From contig JAZDOC010000006.1 of NCBI GenBank assembly GCA_043798935.1, forward strand, positions 24,996-88,995: a DNA stretch of 64,000 nt, read 5' to 3'. The position numbers and the translations under genes were made by a program. Every line of letters starts with the position of its first letter. Positions within the stretch are counted from its first letter, which is position 1. Under the pieces are notes generated by a model. It had not been told where the DNA came from, made no database searches, and saw nothing but the letters and a program-made list of their open reading frames with translations. This document shows, one piece after another, positions 48,577-58,483 of the stretch. The stretch is from Patescibacteria group bacterium (GTDB lineage: Bacteria; Patescibacteriota; Patescibacteriia; UBA9570; JAHJKD01).

Positions 48577-49495
48577 TATAATATTTATTTCCGGGTCATT
48601 AGCGTTTGACAGGATTATGAATTTTCCTGGTTATTTTAAAGATAATATTTTGCCCGATAAAATTCATAATTTAAACGTTTCTTTTAATATTGATAAATTA
48701 GAAGAAAGGTATGGCGGAACAGCCGGTAATATTGCTTATAATTTATCGCTCTTAAGCTTGAAATCGATTATTATCGGTTCGGTCGGAAAAGATTTCGATA
48801 AATATAAAAAATATTTAGAGGAAAAAAATATTGATGTTAGTGGTATTAAAATAGCAGAAAATGATTTTACGGCCGCGGCCTACATTATTACCGATAAAGC
48901 TAATAATCAAATTACCGGTTTTCATATGGGTGCGATGGCGATTGATACTGACTATGAAATTAAAGACGGGGATTTACTGATCATTTCTCCGGGAAATATT
49001 CATGATATGCTAAGGTATCAGGATCAAGCGCAGAAAATAAATATGCCTTATATTTTTGATCCGGGGCAAACTTTGCCGTTTTTTCAACCCGAGGAATTAA
49101 AAGCCTTAGTGCGCGGCGCCAAAGTATTAATAACTAACGATTATGAGTTAGATTTAGTTATTAAAAAAACCGGATATACTAAAGAGCAGATTTTAGAAAT
49201 TGTTGAAATATTAGTAACTACTAAAGGTGAAAATGGTTCGACAATTCAGAAAAAAAATGTTACAATAAACATTCCGTGCGCTAAAACCGAGCATGTTTTA
49301 GACCCAACCGGAGCCGGAGATGCCTATCGCGCTGGTTTTATTTATGGATTACTGAATAATCAAGAACTTGAAATTTGCGGTCAATTAGGCGCTGTTTCAG
49401 CAGTTTATGCAGTTGAAAAATACGGCACGCAAGAGCATGAATATAATATGGCAGAGCTTAATGAAAGATATAAAAAGAATTTAATAAAGAAATAA
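48566..49495 (+). CDS. PfkB-family carbohydrate/nucleoside kinase
   Basis: C-terminal DPTGAGDAYRAGFIYGL signature (PfkB motif 2), N-terminal GG-containing substrate lid. Confidence 0.75.
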   Translation: MKNNIIFISGSLAFDRIMNFPGYFKDNILPDKIHNLNVSFNIDKLEERYGGTAGNIAYNLSLLSLKSIIIGSVGKDFDKYKKYLEEKNIDVSGIKIAENDFTAAAYIITDKANNQITGFHMGAMAIDTDYEIKDGDLLIISPGNIHDMLRYQDQAQKINMPYIFDPGQTLPFFQPEELKALVRGAKVLITNDYELDLVIKKTGYTKEQILEIVEILVTTKGENGSTIQKKNVTINIPCAKTEHVLDPTGAGDAYRAGFIYGLLNNQELEICGQLGAVSAVYAVEKYGTQEHEYNMAELNERYKKNLIKK

Positions 49496-49590
49496 ATTTT
49501 TAATTTTTTGTTCCTTGAATAAATTCAGGTTTAAAAAATCAATGTAAATATAGAGGCCCTGAATTTATTCAGGGTGTCAAAAAATAATAA

Positions 49591-50859
<1,269 letters not shown>

Positions 50860-50871
50860 TTAAAAATAAAC

Positions 50872-51552
50872 ATGGCAGTTTATCATGATAGAGATCCAAG
50901 AGAAAAATTACCGCCGCTAATTCAAGTGGAAGAGTATTTAACTGATCCCGGATTAATTAGTTTTATTAACGAGCAGGTCGACGCCTATATTCAAGATTTA
51001 GAACAAATTAATGGTGTTACACAAGGACTGCAACAAGAAAAACGATTAACTCCTCAAGCGCAAGAAGCTCTACAGCAACAAAAAAAAGATACCCTTAAAA
51101 AAATTGAGGCTGTTCGGTTGATGGCACAAACCAGGGCAGTTGCTAGTCATTTTAAAATCAATAATCAAGCAGCTATATTATTAATTGAACAAATAAATAA
51201 TAATAGAAAGCTGAGATTGATAGCAGAGCGTCGGCCCACAGTACCAAGAACACTGCAAAGAGAGCTAACGCTTGAAAGAACGAAGCGCAAGCCTAAAATT
51301 TTAGAAATATTAGAAAGCAAGTCGAGCGTGGCAGAAGTACGTGAATTTATTGAATATCTTCATAGAGAAAAAGATAATAAAGAAATAGTTTTAGATGCTA
51401 GTCAATCGCAGTTCGCTTATGAAATAGTAAATAACAGCCGAGACAGAGGACCAATTGTTTTTCTTCGCGATGCTGGTAATAGACGCAATGTTGTAAGTTT
51501 AACACCTCAGTTTAAAAAAGTTGTTCTTGAAATAGTTGCTTATTATAAATAA
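50872..51552 (+). CDS. hypothetical protein (Gln/Glu-rich, predicted coiled regions)
   Basis: 226-aa ORF, no recognisable motif. Confidence 0.3.
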   Translation: MAVYHDRDPREKLPPLIQVEEYLTDPGLISFINEQVDAYIQDLEQINGVTQGLQQEKRLTPQAQEALQQQKKDTLKKIEAVRLMAQTRAVASHFKINNQAAILLIEQINNNRKLRLIAERRPTVPRTLQRELTLERTKRKPKILEILESKSSVAEVREFIEYLHREKDNKEIVLDASQSQFAYEIVNNSRDRGPIVFLRDAGNRRNVVSLTPQFKKVVLEIVAYYK

Positions 51553-51602
51553 TTAAATGATTTAGACAAGCTAAATCATAACATTAGTATGAATATAAAA
51601 TG

Positions 51603-51635
51603 TTATGACACAGCTTGCCTTGGTCAGAATAAAAA
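51603..51635 (+). other. conserved leader motif copy B (TTATGACACAGCTTGCCTTGGTCAGAATAAAAA), ends 4 nt before the ATG at 51640
   Basis: 31/33 identical to copy A at 17726-17758. Confidence 0.5.
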
Positions 51636-51639
51636 AAAT

Positions 51640-52101
51640 ATGATTAACGGTGTAAAAATTAAAGAAATAAAAACGCATGCCCACGGGCGGGGAAATTTTC
51701 AGGAAATTCTTCGTGACGATGATAATCTTTTAGAGAAATTTGGGCAATGTTCAATTACTGTCACTTATCCGGGCGTGATTAAAGCTTTTCATTGGCACAA
51801 AAAGCAAGATGATTTATGGTATGCGGTCAGTGGAAATGCCAGAGTGGTGCTTCATGATTTGCGAAAAGAATCAGAAACCTATGGTCAAACCCAAGAAATA
51901 TATATGGGTGAAAACAGTAATAATTCAAGAATAGTGCTTATTCCTAAAGGTGTAGCCCACGGGTATCAGGTTTTAGGAAACAGTAATTTTACTTTAATGT
52001 ATTTTACAACATTGTCTTACGACCCAAAAAATCCAGATGAAGAAAGAATCTCTTATGATGATAAAAATATTAATTTTGATTGGACTATTAAACACGAATA
52101 A
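51640..52101 (+). CDS. rmlC: dTDP-4-dehydrorhamnose 3,5-epimerase-like cupin (start corrected to MINGVKIKE)
   Basis: GRGNFQEI, FHWHKKQDDLWYAVSG, PKGVAHGYQVL: RmlC-family motifs; ORF-track start at 51589 would place the conserved leader motif inside the CDS. Confidence 0.65.
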   Translation: MINGVKIKEIKTHAHGRGNFQEILRDDDNLLEKFGQCSITVTYPGVIKAFHWHKKQDDLWYAVSGNARVVLHDLRKESETYGQTQEIYMGENSNNSRIVLIPKGVAHGYQVLGNSNFTLMYFTTLSYDPKNPDEERISYDDKNINFDWTIKHE

Positions 52102-52103
52102 TT

Positions 52104-53105
52104 ATGAAGCTATTAGTTACCGGCGGGGCTGGATTCATTGGATCAAATTTTATTCTTCAATATTTAAAAAATAATCCTGCAGATGAAATTGTTAATTTAG
52201 ATAAATTAACTTACGCAGGCAATTTAGAAAATTTAAAGTCTGTAGAAAAGAACAGCCATTACAAGTTTGTGAAAGCAGACATTTGCAATTATCAGGTTAT
52301 TGAGCCATTAGTTGAAAATTGTGATATTGTAGTTCACTTTGCGGCCGAATCACATGTGGATAGATCTATTTTAGGGCCGACTGAGTTCGTTCAAACAAAT
52401 GTCTTGGGAACACAAACCATTTTAGAAGCAGCGAGAAAATTTAATCGACGCTTTCATCATGTTTCAACCGACGAAGTTTTTGGTCAGTTGGAATTGAATA
52501 CTGATACAAAATTTAGCGAAACCACGGCGTATAACCCGTCCAGCCCGTACTCAGCGTCGAAAGCGGCTTCAGATCATTTAGTGCGCGCTTATTATGAAAC
52601 TTATAAACTGCCGATTACCATTTCTAACTGCACGAACAATTATGGCCCATTTCAATTTCCGGAAAAGTTAATACCATTATTCATTACAAATTTAATTGAA
52701 GGTAAAAAAGTACCGGTTTATGGTAATGGTTTAAATGTACGCGACTGGATTCATGTTGATGATCATAATCGAGGGGTGGAGCTGATTATTAAAAAAGGGG
52801 AAATTGGTCAAACTTATTGCTTGGGCGGAGAGTCGGAAAAGAGCAACTTAGAAATAACCAAAATTATTTTAAATGCTTTTAATAAAGGTGAAGAGAGTAT
52901 GGAATATGTTAAAGATCGTCCGGGGCACGATTTACGATACGCCATGGATATTTCTAAAATTAAAAAAGAATTAGGCTTTAATCTGGAAAAAACTTTCGAA
53001 CAGGGGATTAATGAAACCATTGAATGGTATAAAAATAATGAAGTGTGGTGGAAGAATGTTAAATCCGGCGAGTACAAAGAATATTATCAAAAACAATATC
53101 AATAA
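52104..53105 (+). CDS. rmlB: dTDP-glucose 4,6-dehydratase
   Basis: MKLLVTGGAGFIGSNF, HVSTDEVFG, SPYSASKAASDHLVRAY. Confidence 0.85.
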   Translation: MKLLVTGGAGFIGSNFILQYLKNNPADEIVNLDKLTYAGNLENLKSVEKNSHYKFVKADICNYQVIEPLVENCDIVVHFAAESHVDRSILGPTEFVQTNVLGTQTILEAARKFNRRFHHVSTDEVFGQLELNTDTKFSETTAYNPSSPYSASKAASDHLVRAYYETYKLPITISNCTNNYGPFQFPEKLIPLFITNLIEGKKVPVYGNGLNVRDWIHVDDHNRGVELIIKKGEIGQTYCLGGESEKSNLEITKIILNAFNKGEESMEYVKDRPGHDLRYAMDISKIKKELGFNLEKTFEQGINETIEWYKNNEVWWKNVKSGEYKEYYQKQYQ

Positions 53106-53114
53106 TATAATTTT

Positions 53115-53549
53115 ATGACTAGTAATTATAAAATTAATTATCATTATCCCGAGACAAATGTCGGCGTGATTATGAATGACGACGGAATTTTAGAAATTCA
53201 TTATTCAGAAAACACTTATACAGAAGAAGAGAATGTGGCAGAAACAGTTTGGGTGCGAGATACGCTAGATAAAATTATTAGTGATTACCCGGATATTAAA
53301 ATTTATGCTTTAATGGATGTTACTTCGGCCGGCGACGCTGAGGAAATTAGTGATGAATCAATGAAAATTTACAGCAAGACAATGAATTATCCGCAAGTTA
53401 AAAATATTGCAATTTTCGGACAAACCAAATGGTTTGCTATGTTATTAAATATCATGGTTAAACTAAGTAAAACTTTCGGCAAAACAAAATTGTTTGATGA
53501 TAAAGAAAATGCAATAGCCTGGCTGAAAGAAAAAAAAGCAAAAAGATAA
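53115..53549 (+). CDS. hypothetical protein inserted between rmlB and rmlD
   Basis: 144 aa, acidic, no recognisable motif. Confidence 0.3.
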   Translation: MTSNYKINYHYPETNVGVIMNDDGILEIHYSENTYTEEENVAETVWVRDTLDKIISDYPDIKIYALMDVTSAGDAEEISDESMKIYSKTMNYPQVKNIAIFGQTKWFAMLLNIMVKLSKTFGKTKLFDDKENAIAWLKEKKAKR

Positions 53550-53574
53550 ATAAAATAGCAAAGGCAATAAATAG

Positions 53575-54408
53575 ATGGATAAAACTAAAATAATAATTAC
53601 CGGTGCCAATGGGATGCTAGGGCACGATTTACAAGAAAAATTTAAAGATTTTAATTTACTTTGTTTTGATAAAGATAATTTAGATATTACTAATTATAAA
53701 CAGGTAAGCGAAATTATTAGTCGGGAAAAACCACAGGTCGTTATTAATGCAGCCGCTTATACAGATGTGGATGGATGCGAAACCAATAAAGATTTGTGTA
53801 TGCAAATTAATGGTTATGGTGTCGGAAATTTAGCCCAGGCTTGTAAAGAAAATGATGTTATATTAGTGCATTACAGTACTGATTACATTTTTAATGGTCA
53901 AAATAAAGATGGCTACAGCGAAGATTATAATGAAATCGATCCAATTAGTGTTTATGGCCAAAGTAAAGCGCTGGGAGAAAAATTAATTAAAGAGAATTGT
54001 GATAAATATTATATTTTAAGAACTGCTTGGTTATATGGAAAAAACGGTAAGAATTTTGTTGATACCATGATAAAGCTAGGCCAAGAAAAAGATGAGCTTA
54101 AAGTTGTTGATGATCAGCATGGTAGCCCGACATTTTCGAAAGATTTAGCGCAGGAAACAAAAAAAATTATTGCCAACCTTAAACCTGATTTTGGTGTTTT
54201 TCATGTTACTAATTCCGGAAATTGTACTTGGTTTGAATTTGCTAAAGGAATTTTTAATATTAAAAATATTAAAATAAAATTAGAGCCTTGCACAAGCAAT
54301 GAATTTCCGCGACCAGCGCGCCGGCCAAAATATTCTATTTTACTTAATACCAAATTATCAGAATTAAGAACTTGGCAAGAAGCGCTGAAAGACTATCTCA
54401 AAGATTAA
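53575..54408 (+). CDS. rmlD: dTDP-4-dehydrorhamnose reductase
   Basis: IIITGANGMLGHDL, SVYGQSKALGE (YxxxK), 277 aa. Confidence 0.8.
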   Translation: MDKTKIIITGANGMLGHDLQEKFKDFNLLCFDKDNLDITNYKQVSEIISREKPQVVINAAAYTDVDGCETNKDLCMQINGYGVGNLAQACKENDVILVHYSTDYIFNGQNKDGYSEDYNEIDPISVYGQSKALGEKLIKENCDKYYILRTAWLYGKNGKNFVDTMIKLGQEKDELKVVDDQHGSPTFSKDLAQETKKIIANLKPDFGVFHVTNSGNCTWFEFAKGIFNIKNIKIKLEPCTSNEFPRPARRPKYSILLNTKLSELRTWQEALKDYLKD

Positions 54409-55298
54409 TTCATTAAACTTAATTCCCAAAAATTATCGTCTGTTTCATAAAACAGGTTTTTTTGTTTTTTATTGGTTGTAAAATTATAAGCATTGTTAAT
54501 AGATACTAATTCATAAGTTTGGCGCAAATCGCGATTATCAAGCTCGATGGCTTTAACGGCGCTGTTTTCACTGTAAATTATATAATCATCAGATAGCCAG
54601 ACTGCTTCATTAATAGCCTCGCTCTGCCTGGTAATAAGCTCTTCTTGCATGGTGTCATAATAATATACCCAGATTTCCATGGGATTATAATAAAGAAGCA
54701 AATTATGTTTTTGGTTCCAAGCGAAATTCGTAACTGCGGAACCGAATTTCTTAACGCTCATAGCATCATTATTTAATTCAACGATATAAAGCATCCGGGT
54801 TTTTTCATCCAAAATAGTTAAAAGATTGCTGTATTTTTCATAATTTATTTTAGGTGATATATTCAGTTCGGTTAATACGCTCGCAATTTCCGCATCCATG
54901 TTTTCTTGCGGTGCCATGGCCGGATAATTATCTTTAGAAATTTTTTTCGGTTCAGCATTTTTTAATAAATTTAGCTCTTTAACAAAAGTTGTTTCCATGG
55001 ATAAAACATCTAATTTTTTCTCCCAGGAAAAATAACCATCGAAATTAATTTTTACACTGTATTCACCTGGGATCAGGTTATTTATAAGAACCGGTGTTTT
55101 TTTAGGATTAAAATCGCCGTTTACATAAAGACTGGCATTTTTAGGAATGGTCTCAATATACAGGCTTCCGGTTTTTACTACTTGCATTTTTTTTTTATTT
55201 ATTCGATATCCGGAGGCATATAGAAGTAACATCGGAATTAGGATGATGGTAAGAATAAAAATGAACCAAAAATATATATCACGATAAGCTTTTTTCAT
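54405..55298 (-). CDS. membrane-anchored protein with PEGA-like domain
   Basis: N-terminal TM helix, then SLYVNGDF...NLIPGEYSVKINFDGYF resembling a PEGA domain. Confidence 0.4.
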   Translation of the reverse strand: MKKAYRDIYFWFIFILTIILIPMLLLYASGYRINKKKMQVVKTGSLYIETIPKNASLYVNGDFNPKKTPVLINNLIPGEYSVKINFDGYFSWEKKLDVLSMETTFVKELNLLKNAEPKKISKDNYPAMAPQENMDAEIASVLTELNISPKINYEKYSNLLTILDEKTRMLYIVELNNDAMSVKKFGSAVTNFAWNQKHNLLLYYNPMEIWVYYYDTMQEELITRQSEAINEAVWLSDDYIIYSENSAVKAIELDNRDLRQTYELVSINNAYNFTTNKKQKNLFYETDDNFWELSLMN

Positions 55299-55373
55299 AC
55301 TTTGACAAGAACGTTAATTATTATTAAACTACTAGATATATATAATAGCAGACAATTGAAAAATTTAAAAAAA

Positions 55374-56636
55374 ATGGAAAAACTAGTTATAAATGGCGGT
55401 AAAAAGCTACACGGCTCTATCAACGTAAAAGGTGCTAAAAATTGCGCTTTAAAGGTTATGGCCGCCTCTTTGCTAACAGATGGAGTTTTTAATATTAAAA
55501 ACGTGCCGGAAATTGAAGATGTTTTTAGATTGCAGGAAATACTTAAAGATTTGGGCTGTAAGGCTAAGCGACACAAAAAAGGGGAATGGTCATTTCAGGC
55601 CGATAATATTCATAAAATCGAACTAGATAAAAATTTAGTTCCAAAATTGCGTTCATCGGTATTACTAATTGGTCCTCTTTTAACTAGATTCAAAAAAGTA
55701 AAAATGCCTCATCCCGGAGGCTGTGCTATTGGTAAAAGGCCAATCGATATTTTTATCAGTGGTTTTAAAACATTAGGCGCTAAAGTAAAATGCGATGAAC
55801 AAGGTTATATTTTTGAAGCTAAACAATTAATCGGTGCCAAGCTAGCATTTCCTAAAATCAGCGTTACCGGTACCGAAACCATGATGATGGCCGCAGTTTT
55901 AGCTAAAGGTAAAACCACATTAATTAATTCAGCTTGTGAACCCGAAATTAAAGCTTTGGCTGATTTTTTAAATTCGCTGGGTGCAAAAATATCCGGAGCC
56001 GGTACGCCCACTATTGAAATTAACGGTGTGGAAAAAATTAGCGGTGGGTCTTTTACAGTAATTCCCGATCGCATTGAAGCTTTTTCTTTTTTAGCTTTAG
56101 CCGTAGCTACTAATAGCCATTTGGAAATAAAAAAATGTAACACCGAACATTTAACCATTCCATTGTTAGTTCTAAAAGAAATGGGAGTAAAAATGAAAAT
56201 CGGTAATGATAATATTAAAATTACGGATGCAAGTTGTTTGACGGCCGTGAATGTTACAACTCATGAATATCCAGGTTTTCCCACTGATTGCCAATCACCT
56301 CTAACTGTCGCCCTTACTCGGGCTAAAGGAGAGAGCTATGTTTCAGAAACAATTTTTGAAGACAGGTTTTTATATACAGATTTTTTGCGTCGCATGGGAG
56401 CCGATATTCAAATGATTAATCAACAAAAAATTTCAATCACGGGGCCATCCGTACTAACTGGTAAAAAAGTCGAAAGCCCGGATTTGCGCGCTGGTATTGC
56501 CATGGTAATCGCGGCGCTGATGGCTAACGGAAAGACCGAGATTGATAATATTTATCAAATCGATCGAGGATATGAAAATATCGATGCGCGTTTACGCCGA
56601 TTAGGTGCAGACATTAAACGAGAGAAATATATATGA
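55374..56636 (+). CDS. murA: UDP-N-acetylglucosamine 1-carboxyvinyltransferase
   Basis: MEKLVINGGKKLHGSINVKGAKNCALKVMAASLL N-terminus, catalytic-loop region KRPIDIF; start set at in-frame ATG 55374 rather than ORF-track 55302. Confidence 0.9.
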   Translation: MEKLVINGGKKLHGSINVKGAKNCALKVMAASLLTDGVFNIKNVPEIEDVFRLQEILKDLGCKAKRHKKGEWSFQADNIHKIELDKNLVPKLRSSVLLIGPLLTRFKKVKMPHPGGCAIGKRPIDIFISGFKTLGAKVKCDEQGYIFEAKQLIGAKLAFPKISVTGTETMMMAAVLAKGKTTLINSACEPEIKALADFLNSLGAKISGAGTPTIEINGVEKISGGSFTVIPDRIEAFSFLALAVATNSHLEIKKCNTEHLTIPLLVLKEMGVKMKIGNDNIKITDASCLTAVNVTTHEYPGFPTDCQSPLTVALTRAKGESYVSETIFEDRFLYTDFLRRMGADIQMINQQKISITGPSVLTGKKVESPDLRAGIAMVIAALMANGKTEIDNIYQIDRGYENIDARLRRLGADIKREKYI

Positions 56637-57922
56637 TGCCTTACTATACTCGGCCCAATATTTCTGTGGCTCGAAAAAAACCGCAAAATACTTTAATTGT
56701 TTCAACCGTATTGCTTTTTTTTGTTTTTGGTTTTTGGGGTGGATATTTTTTGGGTCATTTTGATCGCAGTCAAGATACGGCCGAAACAGCAATTAAGCAA
56801 GAGATTGTCCAACAAGCCGGCAAGCAAGATGTTTCCGAATCATTAGATTTTAATTTATTTTGGCAAGTATGGGATAATATTAAAAATAATTATGTTGACA
56901 ACAATATTGATGATAAAAATTTATTTTACGGGGCGCTTTCTGGTTTAGTATATAGTTTAAACGATCCATACTCTATTTTTTTTGATCCCGAAGAAGCCAA
57001 GGGTTTTGAAGATGCGGTTAGCGGTACATTCGAAGGAATCGGAGCGGAAATCGGTATTCGAGACGACCATATGGTAATAATTAGTCCGCTAGTGGGGTCT
57101 CCGGCCGAAACAGCCGGATTGCTACCACTAGATGCTATTTTAGCAATCGACGGCACTAGCACTACAAATATGAGCACAGAGCAAGCCGTAGAATTAATTA
57201 AAGGAGAAAAAGGCACAGACGTGGTTTTAACCATTAAGCATAAAAATGAAGAAAATTCACAAGATATTTCCATAACTCGCAATACTATTAAAATAGATAG
57301 CGTTACTTGGGAAATGCTAAATATAGATAGTGAAAAAATCGCTTATATAAATATTGTTAATTTTAATGATGAAACATCCACTAAGTTTAATGAAGCTATT
57401 AAAGAGACCTTGCTAACCCAACCAAAAGGAATTATTTTGGATTTACGCAGCAACCCCGGAGGCTTATTATCACAATCCATTGAAATAGCATCTCGCTTTA
57501 TTCCTGAAGGAGTGATTCTCAATGAAACCGAAAGAGATGGTTCTAAAAATACTTATAAAGCTATAGGTAATGCTTCTTTGACCGGAATCTCCACAGTAGT
57601 GCTTGTAAATAGCGGTAGTGCTTCGGCTTCGGAAATTGTTGCCGGAGCTTTGCAAGATTATAATATAGCTAAAATAGTGGGTGAGACTACTTTTGGCAAA
57701 GGGTCGGTTCAGAATTACATAAATTTTCAAGATGGATCCAGTTTAAAATTAACTGTTGCTAAATGGTTCACGCCGAATGGTACATCTATCGATAAACAAG
57801 GTATTACACCCGATGAGATTATTGAGCTTACCAAAGAAGATTATGATAACAATACTGATCCTCAACTTGATCGCGCCAAAGAGATAATTTTAAATAATGA
57901 ACTTGAAACAACTCAAGAATAA
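56633..57922 (+). CDS. ctp: carboxy-terminal processing protease (S41 family) with PDZ domain
   Basis: PDZ GSPAETAGLLPLDAILAIDG; catalytic region VLVNSGSASASEIVAGALQD ... TFGKGSVQ. Confidence 0.85.
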   Translation: MMPYYTRPNISVARKKPQNTLIVSTVLLFFVFGFWGGYFLGHFDRSQDTAETAIKQEIVQQAGKQDVSESLDFNLFWQVWDNIKNNYVDNNIDDKNLFYGALSGLVYSLNDPYSIFFDPEEAKGFEDAVSGTFEGIGAEIGIRDDHMVIISPLVGSPAETAGLLPLDAILAIDGTSTTNMSTEQAVELIKGEKGTDVVLTIKHKNEENSQDISITRNTIKIDSVTWEMLNIDSEKIAYINIVNFNDETSTKFNEAIKETLLTQPKGIILDLRSNPGGLLSQSIEIASRFIPEGVILNETERDGSKNTYKAIGNASLTGISTVVLVNSGSASASEIVAGALQDYNIAKIVGETTFGKGSVQNYINFQDGSSLKLTVAKWFTPNGTSIDKQGITPDEIIELTKEDYDNNTDPQLDRAKEIILNNELETTQE

Positions 57923-57977
57923 TATACTCATTTTGATCCGCGCAAAACTCGTGAATAACAAGGTTTTGAAGAAATAT

Positions 57978-58006
57978 TTGATAAATTTACGATTATATAT
58001 TAAAAT
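57978..58006 (+). promoter_or_regulatory. candidate sigma70 promoter TTGATA-17-TAAAAT for rplI
   Basis: 5/6 -35, 17-nt spacer, 4/6 -10; 32 nt upstream of the ATG. Confidence 0.4.
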
Positions 58007-58037
58007 ATTTGAATATAACTATTAATTAAAGAAAAAG

Positions 58038-58466
58038 ATGAAAGTCATAATTTTAAAGACAGGTGAAGTAAAAGACGTGGCCGATGGTTATGCCCGTAAT
58101 TATTTACTACCTAACAAATTAGCTGTAGTTGCAACAGCTAGTGAATTAAAGAAAACTGAAGAAAGAAAAAAGAAATATCTGGCTGATTTAGCCAAGAAAA
58201 AAGCTGAGGAGGAAAAAGTTATTGGTCAGTTAAAAGATATTTTAGTAAAAATTGAAGTTAATACCAATGACGAAGGCACGATGTTTGCGGCTTTAGCCGA
58301 TAAAGAAATTATTATCGCTTTAGAAAAACAGTATCAAATTAAACTTCCAACTGAATGGATAGAATTTAAAGAACCAATTAAGCAATTAGGAGATTTCGTG
58401 TTAAATGTAAAAACCGGTGCTGGCTTAAAAGCTAAATTAAAGATTCAGTTAAACAAAAAACAATAA
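58038..58466 (+). CDS. rplI: 50S ribosomal protein L9
   Basis: MKVIILKTGEVKDVADGYARNYLLPNKLAV N-terminus; 142 aa. Confidence 0.85.
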   Translation: MKVIILKTGEVKDVADGYARNYLLPNKLAVVATASELKKTEERKKKYLADLAKKKAEEEKVIGQLKDILVKIEVNTNDEGTMFAALADKEIIIALEKQYQIKLPTEWIEFKEPIKQLGDFVLNVKTGAGLKAKLKIQLNKKQ

Positions 58467-58483
58467 TATCTAATTAATTTAGT

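Noticed and set aside
55302-55373. ORF-track start of murA at 55302 (444 aa)
   Set aside because: The extra 24 residues (MTRTLIIIKLLDIYNSRQLKNLKK) precede the canonical MurA N-terminus and would overlap the divergent gene 54405-55298 region. The in-frame ATG at 55374 gives a protein matching the MurA family start.
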